Both the position numbers and the translations under genes were made by a program. The notes below the pieces were generated by a model, which made no database searches, was not told the origin of the DNA, and saw only the letters and a list, made by a program, of their open reading frames with translations. A DNA stretch of 64,000 nucleotides from Candidatus Kapaibacterium sp. (GTDB lineage: Bacteria; Bacteroidota; Ignavibacteria; Kapaibacteriales; Kapaibacteriaceae), in the NCBI GenBank assembly GCA_030833725.1, contig JAURGP010000002.1, positions 6,773 to 70,772 on the forward strand. The letters run 5' to 3'. Every line of letters begins with the position of its first letter. Within the stretch, counting starts at the first letter, position 1. Of this stretch, positions 17,959-25,286 are shown one piece after another.

Positions 17959-19338
17959 ATGAGACGCGTCATTGCTACACTGCTTCTGGCTGCCAGTCCA
18001 GTACTTCACTACGCGCAAACCAACCCAGCGATTACATCGTGGTTGATTAACACAACTGGGGCAAAGGGTCGACACTACGTGCAGGGTAATCCTGCACCGA
18101 TTGCAGATACCATGCTTGCCAATGTGATGCTGGTGCGGTATTCGGAGGCATATAGCTATGTGAATTGCAACGGTATCCCTTCCTACGTGATTGGACCATA
18201 TCCCGACGGCAATCCGGCTACTGCGGTTGGACGGAACTATCTCTTCAAGATCCCGCTGGATCCTCAGCCAAACACCGGAACCAAAACGGCTGTCGGGTTA
18301 GGCCACATTGCAGTACTCGTCAACGGTGTGCCAGTGTACAACTACGCTGACGCGCGCTCGTACAACAACCAGAATATTTGGCACCAGAACGCCGTGTTCT
18401 TTGAGCGGATTGGATTCGACTGCTCGAAGGGTCATCCTGCACCTTTGCGTACGGGTCCTCCAGGTATGGGAGGGGGCTCGGCAGATGGTCAGTATCATCA
18501 TCACCAAGATCCCTCGGCCTTCAACGTTGCCAAGGTTGTGATGTCGGACATTTGCGATATGTACCTCGCTGATGGTCTGTACGTCCCAGATAGCACACAG
18601 CATGGCCCCCTGATTGGATTCGCCTTTGATGGCTATCCGATCTATGCTGCCTATGGATGGGCTGATGGCACTCAATCTGTTCGACGGATCACGTCCAGCT
18701 ATCAAATCCGCTCCATCGGCGAGCGAACAACACTTCCGGACGGCACAGTGCTGTCGACGTCACAGTATGGTCCTGCCCTATCGCAGTATCCACTTGGCGC
18801 CTACGCCGAGGACTACGAGTACCTTGCTGGTTCTGGTGACCTCGACGAGCATAACGGCAGGTTCTGCATCACGCCGGAGTATCCCGGTGGTACGTATGCC
18901 TACTTTGCGACGATCGATGAAGACGGTAATTCGGTGTACCCATATGTGATCGGGCCCACATACTACGGCGTAGTAGAGCAGTCGAATTTTGCTGGTACTG
19001 GCCCTGGAGCGGCTCCAACTCGGGTAACGATCACTGAACCAGTAACTCGCTACCTCCCCGGCGTGACCTCTGTTCGAGACGTAGAGAATGCCATTACTCC
19101 TACGGTGTTCCCAAATCCGGCCATGGACGTCATCATCGTACAAGTGCGGCAACCTCTTCAGGCTGATGCCACCGTCAGCATGTACGACCTACGAGGAGTC
19201 CTTGTCCGATCATCACGCATTCACTCCGGCAGCACGATGTGCTACGTGGATGTGGAGACACTGTACGCAGGCACGTACATCGTCCATGTTGAAACCCATG
19301 GTGTTGTACGGTCGTATCCAGTCATTCTTGGAGAGTGA
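17959..19338 (+). CDS. YHYH-domain protein with T9SS C-terminal domain
   Basis: VNGVP, GQYHHHQ, HGPLIGFAFDGYPIY, DLDEHNGR...GTYAYF; CTD VFPNPA. Confidence 0.85.
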   Translation: MRRVIATLLLAASPVLHYAQTNPAITSWLINTTGAKGRHYVQGNPAPIADTMLANVMLVRYSEAYSYVNCNGIPSYVIGPYPDGNPATAVGRNYLFKIPLDPQPNTGTKTAVGLGHIAVLVNGVPVYNYADARSYNNQNIWHQNAVFFERIGFDCSKGHPAPLRTGPPGMGGGSADGQYHHHQDPSAFNVAKVVMSDICDMYLADGLYVPDSTQHGPLIGFAFDGYPIYAAYGWADGTQSVRRITSSYQIRSIGERTTLPDGTVLSTSQYGPALSQYPLGAYAEDYEYLAGSGDLDEHNGRFCITPEYPGGTYAYFATIDEDGNSVYPYVIGPTYYGVVEQSNFAGTGPGAAPTRVTITEPVTRYLPGVTSVRDVENAITPTVFPNPAMDVIIVQVRQPLQADATVSMYDLRGVLVRSSRIHSGSTMCYVDVETLYAGTYIVHVETHGVVRSYPVILGE

Positions 19339-19341
19339 TCG

Positions 19342-19932
19342 GTGCTGGAGGTCCTTCTCTCGATTGTGTTTGTCGTCCACTCTACGGGAAATGGTGGGCA
19401 ATACACCTTGGAGCGCGCTCAGTGGTATGTTGGGAACGTTGAACTCCATGCCATCGACGGGAGTTCGTATCGCATCGCAGGCTACTACCTCCTAGATACC
19501 GACGATCCACAATCACTCAGGCTAGAGCTGCCAGAGCTTCTGCCTCACGCAGACTATCGGTCCTTGAGCTTCACTCTTGGGGTAGACAGCCTTGATAATC
19601 ACGGTGGACCGCGGGAGGGGGCTCTCGATCCAATGCACGGCATGTACTGGACCTGGTCGACAGGGTACATCTTCCTGAAGATTGAAGGTACGGCTTCGGC
19701 GTCGCCTCAGCCCAAGAAACGTATCGAGTACCACCTTGGGGGTTTTAGAGCCCCCTACAACAATATCCGTCGCGTACACTGTGCGATGACGAGCGGACAG
19801 GAAGCCCGCATCGTGGTAGATGTTGATGCGTTCATGCGCACGATTAATGTTGCCCAGACTCCAGGCGTCATGGATGTACGTTCATCTGCCGATCTGATTG
19901 ATCAGGCAGTGGAGATGTTCCGTGCACCATAA
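19342..19932 (+). CDS. MbnP-family copper-binding protein
   Basis: FTLGVDS...GALDP..GMYWTWSTGYIFLKIEG (WxW motif), YHLGG; directly upstream of a di-heme enzyme. Confidence 0.82.
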   Translation: MLEVLLSIVFVVHSTGNGGQYTLERAQWYVGNVELHAIDGSSYRIAGYYLLDTDDPQSLRLELPELLPHADYRSLSFTLGVDSLDNHGGPREGALDPMHGMYWTWSTGYIFLKIEGTASASPQPKKRIEYHLGGFRAPYNNIRRVHCAMTSGQEARIVVDVDAFMRTINVAQTPGVMDVRSSADLIDQAVEMFRAP

Positions 19933-20890
19933 GATTGTGGTTATCTGTATGCTGGTTGTAGCGATCGCTACAACGGTAGTGCAGAGTGGAAATCATGGTG
20001 AGCAGGACGAAGCAGTCGTTGCCCTTGGAAGACGACTGTTCTACGATCCCGTGCTTTCTGTAGATCAAACTACCAGCTGTGGTACGTGTCATCAGCAGTT
20101 TGCAGCGTTTGCGCATGTAGACCACGCGCTGAGTCACGGAGTGTACGGACGTATCGGTACCCGTAACGTACCGGCACTGCAGAATCTTGCATCTCGCCGT
20201 GGTTTCATGTGGGACGGTGCGATTGAGCACCTGGACATGCAGGCGTTAAGCCCCCTAACCAGTCACGCTGAAATGGGCGAAACCCTACCACGCATCCTAG
20301 AGAAGCTTGACAGTGTGGGATGGTGCCGAACCCTGATGACGCAGGCCTATGGTAGTCCAGACATTACGATCCCGCGAGTGCTGCGTGCATTGGGTCGATT
20401 CGTGGCTACGTTGGAGAGTCGTTCTTCTCGGTTCGACCGTTGGCATGCAGGGCAGGACACGTTAGCTGAGAACGAGAGACGAGGGTATGATCTTTTCCGA
20501 GCATACTGCGCATCATGCCACAATGGTATCGACTTCACCGATGATTCCTTTCGCAGCAATGGTCTGCCGCTGGATTCACTCTTGATGGATCACGGACGCG
20601 AGCGAGTAACGCTGGACGAGCAGGATCGGTACCGGTTCAAAGTGCCATCACTTCGAAACGTGGGGCGCACAATGCCCTATATGCATGATGGTCGGTTCAA
20701 GCGTCTTCGAGATGTACTTGCCCATTATGCGCAGCAAGACGATCTCGCCGACCATGCTGATCCGTTGGTGCGATCAATTGCACCACTGGATGACCGTGCC
20801 CGCAAGGATCTGATCGCCTTTCTGCTCACGCTGACTGATGAGGCATTTCTTCGGGATACAGCGTTCGGCGAGAAGGAGGTATGGGAGTAA
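19922..20890 (+). CDS. MbnH/MauG-like di-heme cytochrome c peroxidase family protein
   Basis: CGTCH and CASCH, FMWDG, FKVPSLRNV..TMPYMHDG; start codon uncertain (GTG 19922 chosen). Confidence 0.88.
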   Translation: MHHKIVVICMLVVAIATTVVQSGNHGEQDEAVVALGRRLFYDPVLSVDQTTSCGTCHQQFAAFAHVDHALSHGVYGRIGTRNVPALQNLASRRGFMWDGAIEHLDMQALSPLTSHAEMGETLPRILEKLDSVGWCRTLMTQAYGSPDITIPRVLRALGRFVATLESRSSRFDRWHAGQDTLAENERRGYDLFRAYCASCHNGIDFTDDSFRSNGLPLDSLLMDHGRERVTLDEQDRYRFKVPSLRNVGRTMPYMHDGRFKRLRDVLAHYAQQDDLADHADPLVRSIAPLDDRARKDLIAFLLTLTDEAFLRDTAFGEKEVWE

Positions 20891-20901
20891 GGACGACGTA
20901 A

Positions 20902-20937
20902 GGACCACGCCGGGAAAACCTTTTCCCGGCGTCGTCC
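20902..20937. repeat. Palindromic repeat copy 5
   Basis: GGACCACGCCGGGAAAA-CC-TTTTCCCGGCGTCGTCC between convergent genes. Confidence 0.95.
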
Positions 20938-20943
20938 GCAATT

Positions 20944-22119
20944 TCACCGATCCAGCGTCCCCATCACAATGCCAAACACATTCAATACACTGAGCTGCCC
21001 GTAGTTACCCGGCGTAAACGCTGGGCCACGTGCGAAGAAGACGCCGTGCATCTCGAGATGCGAGTTGTGGTGTCCATGATCTCCGCCTCCCCGAAACGGC
21101 CTGCCCTTTCTCACGAAGAAGCATCCAGGTCTGGTCATCAGGATGGCCGCAGGTGCTCTACCAGAAGCATCCATGTGGAGATCGGATAACGAATCGTCGG
21201 GCGCATACACATCAACCCACGATACGCGCTCGGCAATACTGCGCTGGAGACTATCAATGTTGGGAGGGGGCTGACGGTAGAGGTACACCAGATTCCCGGA
21301 TCCAATGATGCGGAAACCTGTTGTGTCCATCACAGATTCAAGTTCAATGCTGCATGACTCTTGCAAAGCAGTCATGCCGTGGTCGCTGACAACGATGATA
21401 TTCGTCGACTCCAGCATACCTCGCAACGCAAGCTCAGTTTCAAGGCGCACCAGAAGGTCTCCAGCAACACTCAACCCCTCGGAGATATTCGGAGAGTCTG
21501 GTCCTTCTCGATGACCGATGTCATCCAGTACTTCGAAGTACATCGTAGCTACCCGCGGAGGTGTAGGGCCATCGATCCACGACAGTAAGGAGTCAATTCG
21601 CTCATGGTAGTTGCGCGAAGGCTCGTACGGCAACCAGTGCGTAGGACGGTCACCAGAAAATGCCGTTTCGGATCCTGGCCAGAAGGCACACGCTGCCGTA
21701 AGCCCCCTACGCTCAGCTTCGATCCACAGCGGCGTGCCCCGCCACCATGCGGACTCTTTACGCTGCATCGTGAAGACGTCGTTGAGGGTGGAGTCGTAGA
21801 AGCTGTTGCCGACGATGCCGTTGTCGCGTGGGTACGCTCCGGTAGCAATTGCCCAATGGTTGGGAAACGTCTTGGTGGGGTTTACCGGCTTCAGACTCGA
21901 TGCTCGATAGCATTTGTTGAGGTAGGCAACGAAGCCTGGATGCGTGATTCGGTTGAGGTAGTCGTGGCGGAAGCCGTCGAAGGAGATCAGGATGGTAAGG
22001 GGCTTGCCGGGAGTGACGCCGGGAAAACCTTTTCCCGGCGTCGTCCCCCATAACGTCCCCAACGCAAAGGCGCTGATGAAGAACATCATCAGCGCCTTGG
22101 AGATCGAACTCTGTGTCAT
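20944..22119 (-). CDS. Nucleotide pyrophosphatase/phosphodiesterase (alkaline phosphatase superfamily)
   Basis: LISFDGFR, TKTFPNH (Thr nucleophile), DDIGH, VSDHGM, GDHG; carries an in-frame repeat insertion after the signal peptide. Confidence 0.92.
   Translation of the reverse strand: MTQSSISKALMMFFISAFALGTLWGTTPGKGFPGVTPGKPLTILISFDGFRHDYLNRITHPGFVAYLNKCYRASSLKPVNPTKTFPNHWAIATGAYPRDNGIVGNSFYDSTLNDVFTMQRKESAWWRGTPLWIEAERRGLTAACAFWPGSETAFSGDRPTHWLPYEPSRNYHERIDSLLSWIDGPTPPRVATMYFEVLDDIGHREGPDSPNISEGLSVAGDLLVRLETELALRGMLESTNIIVVSDHGMTALQESCSIELESVMDTTGFRIIGSGNLVYLYRQPPPNIDSLQRSIAERVSWVDVYAPDDSLSDLHMDASGRAPAAILMTRPGCFFVRKGRPFRGGGDHGHHNSHLEMHGVFFARGPAFTPGNYGQLSVLNVFGIVMGTLDR
22004..22044. repeat. 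Palindromic repeat copy 6 (in frame inside CDS)
   Basis: TTGCCGGGAGT-GACGCCGGGAAAACCTTTTCCCGGCGTCGTC; encodes TTPGKGFPGVTPGK. Confidence 0.95.
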
Positions 22120-22126
22120 AGGAAGA

Positions 22127-22368
22127 TTAGAACGTGTAGCGAATACCCACCTGCACCTGCCAACGCGAAGCTAAGTCGCTAAATCCAAACGGATCGCGCT
22201 TGTCCGTGTAGCTGCAGATCGGTGTGCCCACAGCAACTGGGCTGTCCGCACACGTCCCCAATCGGAGTTGAGCCTGCTCAGGAAGGTGATGAAGTCCCCG
22301 GAGATGTCTAGGCGGTGACCCTTGACGAATGGGTTTGGTAGCTCCTGCATCTGGCGCAGGTCCAGCTG
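22127..22368 (-). pseudogene. 3' remnant of an Oar-like TonB-dependent receptor (frameshifted)
   Basis: One frame gives QLDLRQMQELPNPFVKGHRLDISGDFITFLSRLNSDWGRV; another frame ends SDLASRWQVQVGIRYTF*. Both resemble Oar-type TBDR C-termini. No start codon; truncated at the repeat. Confidence 0.72.
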
Positions 22369-22373
22369 GGGCC

Positions 22374-22424
22374 GACGACGCCTTTCCCGGCGTGGTGCCG
22401 GGAAAAGGTTTTCCCGGCGTCGTC
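22374..22424. repeat. Palindromic repeat copy 7 (doublet with 10-nt deletion)
   Basis: Same layout as copy 3 but GGGAAAACCT is missing from the left unit. Confidence 0.92.
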
Positions 22425-22448
22425 CTCAAAAAACGCTTTGATATAACC

Positions 22449-22548
22449 GGGAACTTTCGCAAATAAGGCTTGCGTTAAACCAAAGCAAACCGAAAATATG
22501 CACTTGAACCCCCTTCTCGGGGGAACTTTCACCCTAGTCGCTTGGTTG
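22449..22548 (+). promoter_or_regulatory. Two tandem ECF-sigma-like promoters upstream of the rhodopsin gene
   Basis: GGGAACTTTC at 22449 and 22521; GGAACTT is followed after 16 nt by CGTT and GTT respectively. Confidence 0.4.
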
Positions 22549-22591
22549 TCAGCCACATCACTTTTTTCATTCACCTCTGTTAGGACGTGCT

Positions 22592-23380
22592 ATGGGGACA
22601 GAGTCTACGATGATCGCTTTGGGTAGCGATGGATACATGTTGGTGTTCAACATGTTCTCGTTCACGATTGCCGCAATGCTTTCGGCCTTCGTGTTTTTCA
22701 TTTTGCGGCGTTCAGCCGTTGCACCGCAGTATCGCATGTCGCTGGTGGTGTCGTCGTTGGTAGTGGGCATTGCTGCCTATCACTACATTCGGATTTTCGA
22801 TAGCTGGAACCATGCATACGACATGGCTACCGGTATGTATAACCCTGCGTTGTTCAACGACGCATATCGCTACGTGGACTGGCTCCTGACTGTTCCTCTG
22901 CTTCTTGTTGAGTTGATCCTTGTGTTGAATCTTGGCCGAGACAAGTCCGGTCCTCTGTTGACCAACCTGTCGATTGCCGCTGTACTGATGATTGCCCTCG
23001 GCTATCCAGGCGAAGTCATGAGTGCTACGGCAAAGACGTCTATGATGTCCGAGTACGGCATGTGGGGCTTCTTGTCGACCATTCCTTTCGCCTACATCCT
23101 GTTTGTCCTATGGGGCAAGCTGGGCTCGGCTATGGAATCACAGCCTGAGCGCGTACGCGTATTGTTCCGCAACCTCCGACTCCTTCTGATCGCTACATGG
23201 GGTTTCTACCCAATCGTGTACTGCCTGCCTTATTTCGGTATGGACATTGCCTCGTCGATCGTCTCGATCCAGACGGGCTATGCCATCGCTGACGTTCTGG
23301 CTAAGGCTGGCTATGGTGTAATGATCTACGCCATCGCTCGCGAGAAGTCGGCGGCCGACGGATGGCGCGAAGCTGCGTAA
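22592..23380 (+). CDS. Microbial rhodopsin, xanthorhodopsin-type DTE proton pump
   Basis: Seven TM segments; AYHY, RYVDWLLTVPLLLVE (D-T-E), LGYPGE, WGFLSTIPF, TWGFYP, DVLAK (retinal Lys). Alternative start at 22610. Confidence 0.95.
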   Translation: MGTESTMIALGSDGYMLVFNMFSFTIAAMLSAFVFFILRRSAVAPQYRMSLVVSSLVVGIAAYHYIRIFDSWNHAYDMATGMYNPALFNDAYRYVDWLLTVPLLLVELILVLNLGRDKSGPLLTNLSIAAVLMIALGYPGEVMSATAKTSMMSEYGMWGFLSTIPFAYILFVLWGKLGSAMESQPERVRVLFRNLRLLLIATWGFYPIVYCLPYFGMDIASSIVSIQTGYAIADVLAKAGYGVMIYAIAREKSAADGWREAA

Positions 23381-23410
23381 GCGTCGTACATAACAACACG
23401 TCAAACGCAC

Positions 23411-23445
23411 AAAGGTGGCAGTACGATGTACTGCCACCTTTTCTG
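23411..23445 (+). terminator. Rho-independent terminator of the rhodopsin gene
   Basis: AAAGGTGGCAGTAC-GAT-GTACTGCCACCTTT followed by a T-rich tail. Confidence 0.85.
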
Positions 23446-23457
23446 TTTCCGAGTCTG

Positions 23458-23500
23458 TTGCCGGGAGTGGCGCCGGGAAAACCTTTTCCCGGCGCCATTC
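23458..23500. repeat. Palindromic repeat copy 8 (compensatory variant)
   Basis: TTGCCGGGAGTGGCGCCGGGAAAA-CC-TTTTCCCGGCGCCATTC; an A-T pair of the consensus is replaced by G-C. Confidence 0.93.
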
Positions 23501-23553
23501 TTCTGTACATTTGTCACCTAGGTACGACCATCTATTCAATCCCCGAGAATTCC

Positions 23554-23907
23554 ATGTCAATACGTTTTCTTCGCACCATTGCTAGCGTGCTGCTTTTGTC
23601 GTTTGTCATGATCAGCTGCTCAAGCACAACCATGATCACGTCAGAGCCTCCTGGTGCAAAGCTGTACATCAATGGTATGAGTGTTGGTAACACACCATAT
23701 ACGCATTCTGATACGCGTATCGTTGGCTCAATGCTGATGATCAAGCTCGAGAAGGAGGGGTATGAGCCCCTTAACACCTTCATCACACGTGACGAACGCG
23801 TAGACGTTGGTGCAGTCATTGGTGGACTGTTCTTGCTCGTGCCATTCCTCTGGACAATGCAGTACAATCCACAGCACAACTATGAGCTCGCACCGCTGAA
23901 GAAGTAG
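23554..23907 (+). CDS. PEGA-domain lipoprotein
   Basis: Lipobox MISC; ITSEPPGAKLYING...GNTP...LEKEGYE. Confidence 0.82.
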   Translation: MSIRFLRTIASVLLLSFVMISCSSTTMITSEPPGAKLYINGMSVGNTPYTHSDTRIVGSMLMIKLEKEGYEPLNTFITRDERVDVGAVIGGLFLLVPFLWTMQYNPQHNYELAPLKK

Positions 23908-23916
23908 TAAACGGTA

Positions 23917-23954
23917 GACGCCGGGAGTGACGCCGGGAAAAGGTTTTCCCGGCG
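23917..23954. repeat. Palindromic repeat copy 9
   Basis: GACGCCGGGAGT plus core GG-loop palindrome, between convergent genes. Confidence 0.93.
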
Positions 23955-23966
23955 CGGTTCTACATC

Positions 23967-25190
23967 CTACTCTGCTCGGTACCCATTCACCGGGTCGAAC
24001 GTCCCAATCACCACCCATGTGGGCTGGCCGTTAACCATACGGATGCCCATCATGTTGTAGATGCCATTCTTGCGGTCACCGGCGGCATTGAATGTGGCGT
24101 CTCCCGAGATGCCCTGATAGTTCTCCGCTCTGGCTACGATGCCGGTACGCAGCGCATCTGCCGTTGCAGCGTTTCCGAGCTCAAGAATCGTGTTTCCTAC
24201 AAGCGTTACGGCATCGTAGGTGCTCAGAGCAAACGCATCTGGTGTGAGTCCAGTTTGTTGCTCGATCGTGGCAATCACCGGCTGAGCACGCTCCACTGCA
24301 TCCCCGATCCCAACGTTTGGACAGGCATAGCCAACCTGCTCGAAGAACTCTGCCTGAGCCAGCAAGGCCGCACTCTCTACAGTGCCATCGCCTCCGTACC
24401 AGCGAACGCCACGCAGCAGGGTGTCGGTTACCGGGATAGCAGCTGCAAGCTGCGCTGCCTCGTCAAAAGCAGGGTTGTAGACTGCAACCTTGTCAATTCC
24501 GTAGATGCCTACGGCGATTCCTACTTCTGTGCGTAGTTGCTCGACGACTGCAGTAAAGTCGGTAGTGGTTACTGCATACTCAAAGCCCCCTACCACATCC
24601 CCACCGTTGGCCTTCATATCGGCACGCACACTGGATGCGAGACCTCGATTACCAATGTCGTCGCGCGCAACGGAAACCACGATGTTGCGGCCTTCAGCGC
24701 GCATCATTGCGGCGATAGCAGGGCCCTCCTGCTGATCGCTGGGACACATGCGAAGGAGGTTGTCGTTCTCGATCGCCAGGGCACCAGCCGTACTCGAGGG
24801 ACTGACAACAATCACCTCCTGTGCATTAGCCGTGGAGAGAATCGCGGAGGCCTCTGCGCTGGATTGGGGTCCGATGACAACCCGTACACCATTGGAAATC
24901 GCGTCGGTAAGGGACGTTTGCGCGCGGTTGGCTTCAAGCTTGGTGTCGTACAAACGCCACATAAAGCGCTTGCTTGAGCCTTGGGCTTCAAGCTTGGAGT
25001 TCAGATCATTGATGGCAATCCGGGCAGCTGCGTCGGCTGTAGTGCCTAGCGTATTCCAGGACCCCGTGATTGACAGCAGGCCTCCGATTTCCGGGAAGTC
25101 GTCGTCGCCATTGGGGTTTGTTGGCGTTGTGGAAGAGGCGCAGGCGCTGAGGAGAGCTGCCGTGGCGAGAAGAAGAAGGGTGTGTTTCAT
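23967..25190 (-). CDS. Branched-chain amino acid ABC substrate-binding-like lipoprotein (type I periplasmic binding fold)
   Basis: Lipobox LSAC; IGGLLSITG, VIGPQSS, SPSSTA, YDAV, GISG...FNAAGDR. Confidence 0.85.
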   Translation of the reverse strand: MKHTLLLLATAALLSACASSTTPTNPNGDDDFPEIGGLLSITGSWNTLGTTADAAARIAINDLNSKLEAQGSSKRFMWRLYDTKLEANRAQTSLTDAISNGVRVVIGPQSSAEASAILSTANAQEVIVVSPSSTAGALAIENDNLLRMCPSDQQEGPAIAAMMRAEGRNIVVSVARDDIGNRGLASSVRADMKANGGDVVGGFEYAVTTTDFTAVVEQLRTEVGIAVGIYGIDKVAVYNPAFDEAAQLAAAIPVTDTLLRGVRWYGGDGTVESAALLAQAEFFEQVGYACPNVGIGDAVERAQPVIATIEQQTGLTPDAFALSTYDAVTLVGNTILELGNAATADALRTGIVARAENYQGISGDATFNAAGDRKNGIYNMMGIRMVNGQPTWVVIGTFDPVNGYRAE

Positions 25191-25195
25191 GGGGG

Positions 25196-25203
25196 CGAAG
25201 ATA
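25196..25203 (-). promoter_or_regulatory. Bacteroidota-type -7 promoter element (TATCTTCG)
   Basis: 5 nt upstream of the ATG at 25190. Confidence 0.45.
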
Positions 25204-25204
25204 C

Positions 25205-25269
25205 ACGCCGGGAATGACGCCGGGAAAAGGTTTTCCCGGCGTCACTCCCGGCAAACCTTTTCCCGGCGT
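25205..25269. repeat. Palindromic repeat copy 10 (composite 12+27+27 nt)
   Basis: ACGCCGGGAATG-ACGCCGGGAAAAGGTTTTCCCGGCGTC-ACTCCCGGCAAACCTTTTCCCGGCGT between divergent genes. Confidence 0.95.
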
Positions 25270-25286
25270 GGTGCGTTTACCCAGCC

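Noticed and set aside
19342-20890. Methanobactin biosynthetic cluster
   Set aside because: Only mbnP/mbnH-like genes; no precursor peptide, MbnB/C or intact TonB receptor.
22127-22462. 111-aa ORF with TTPGKPFPG repeats as a real gene
   Set aside because: A chimera of repeat read-through and the frameshifted TBDR remnant.
23362-23553. N-terminal extension of the PEGA protein containing PGKPFPG
   Set aside because: Crosses the rhodopsin terminator and repeat; the lipoprotein signal starts at 23554, so I did not count it as an in-frame insertion.
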